Assembly: GCA_003141835.1 (NCBI GenBank)
Contig: PLNR01000006.1
Coordinates: 142,558 to 206,557 of the forward strand
DNA from: Candidatus Omnitrophota bacterium
GTDB lineage: Bacteria; Omnitrophota; Gorgyraeia; Pluralincolimonadales; Pluralincolimonadaceae
Length of the DNA: 64,000 bases
Direction: 5' to 3'
In this document: positions 64,000 through 64,000 of the stretch, one piece after another
Layout: every line of letters begins with the position of its first letter
Numbering within the stretch: position 1 is the stretch's first letter
Made by a program: the position numbers and the translations under genes
The notes under the pieces: model-generated
What the model was told of the DNA's origin: nothing
Seen by the model: only the letters and a program-made list of their open reading frames with translations
Databases searched by the model: none

Positions 64000-64000
64000 T

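Overview
This 64-kb window comes from a GC-rich bacterial chromosome, and nearly every supported gene is on the minus strand. No rRNA gene, no CRISPR array, no complete tRNA and no integrase or transposase were recognised. Five regions stand out. (1) Both ends carry secreted glycan-active and periplasmic proteins: a GH94-like glycoside phosphorylase-like gene running off the left edge, a standalone TrpB2, a discoidin-domain glycoside hydrolase, GH130, GH3 with a PA14 insertion and a polysaccharide deacetylase. (2) At about 7.9-22.8 kb there is an accessory, defence-type island whose core (12.1-17.7 kb) is visibly AT-rich. It holds an ORF6N protein, a SIMPL protein, a HigB/HigA-like toxin-antitoxin pair and an MBL-fold hydrolase overlapping a PD-(D/E)XK-like unknown. 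It also holds a Dam-like methyltransferase overlapping a ParB-N-domain protein, a gamma-class N6-adenine methyltransferase overlapping a second unknown (candidate restriction enzyme), an NYN-domain protein, a Fic protein and a 1044-aa UvrD-helicase/Cas4-AddB-like nuclease fusion. The island is punctuated by several small repeat families, including one element inserted in frame in the helicase gene. (3) At 22.8-26.0 kb an OmpR-type response regulator and a histidine kinase are flanked by three paralogous small secreted proteins. A 27-bp REP-like palindrome occurs four times in the window, once in frame inside the response-regulator gene. (4) At 32.2-38.3 kb a Rex-associated trimeric [FeFe]-hydrogenase operon (rex-hydC-hydB-hydA) has HydB fused to a GltD-like NAD(P)H oxidoreductase, and HydA carries an unusual TSCSPGW H-cluster motif. 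(5) The right-hand 26 kb carries oxidative-stress and metal genes: a rubrerythrin with an upstream palindrome, a signal-peptide rubrerythrin-like protein divergent from a VIT/CCC1-like membrane protein, MgtA and an iron-sulfur flavoprotein. It also carries an ECF sigma / anti-sigma / VIT-vWA module, an unannotated CxxC-x17-CxxC mini-protein, and a tRNA-like 3' fragment followed by three strong hairpins, just downstream of an HNH endonuclease gene at the right edge. I judge many plus-strand ORFs in the supplied track to be antisense artefacts of the high GC content.
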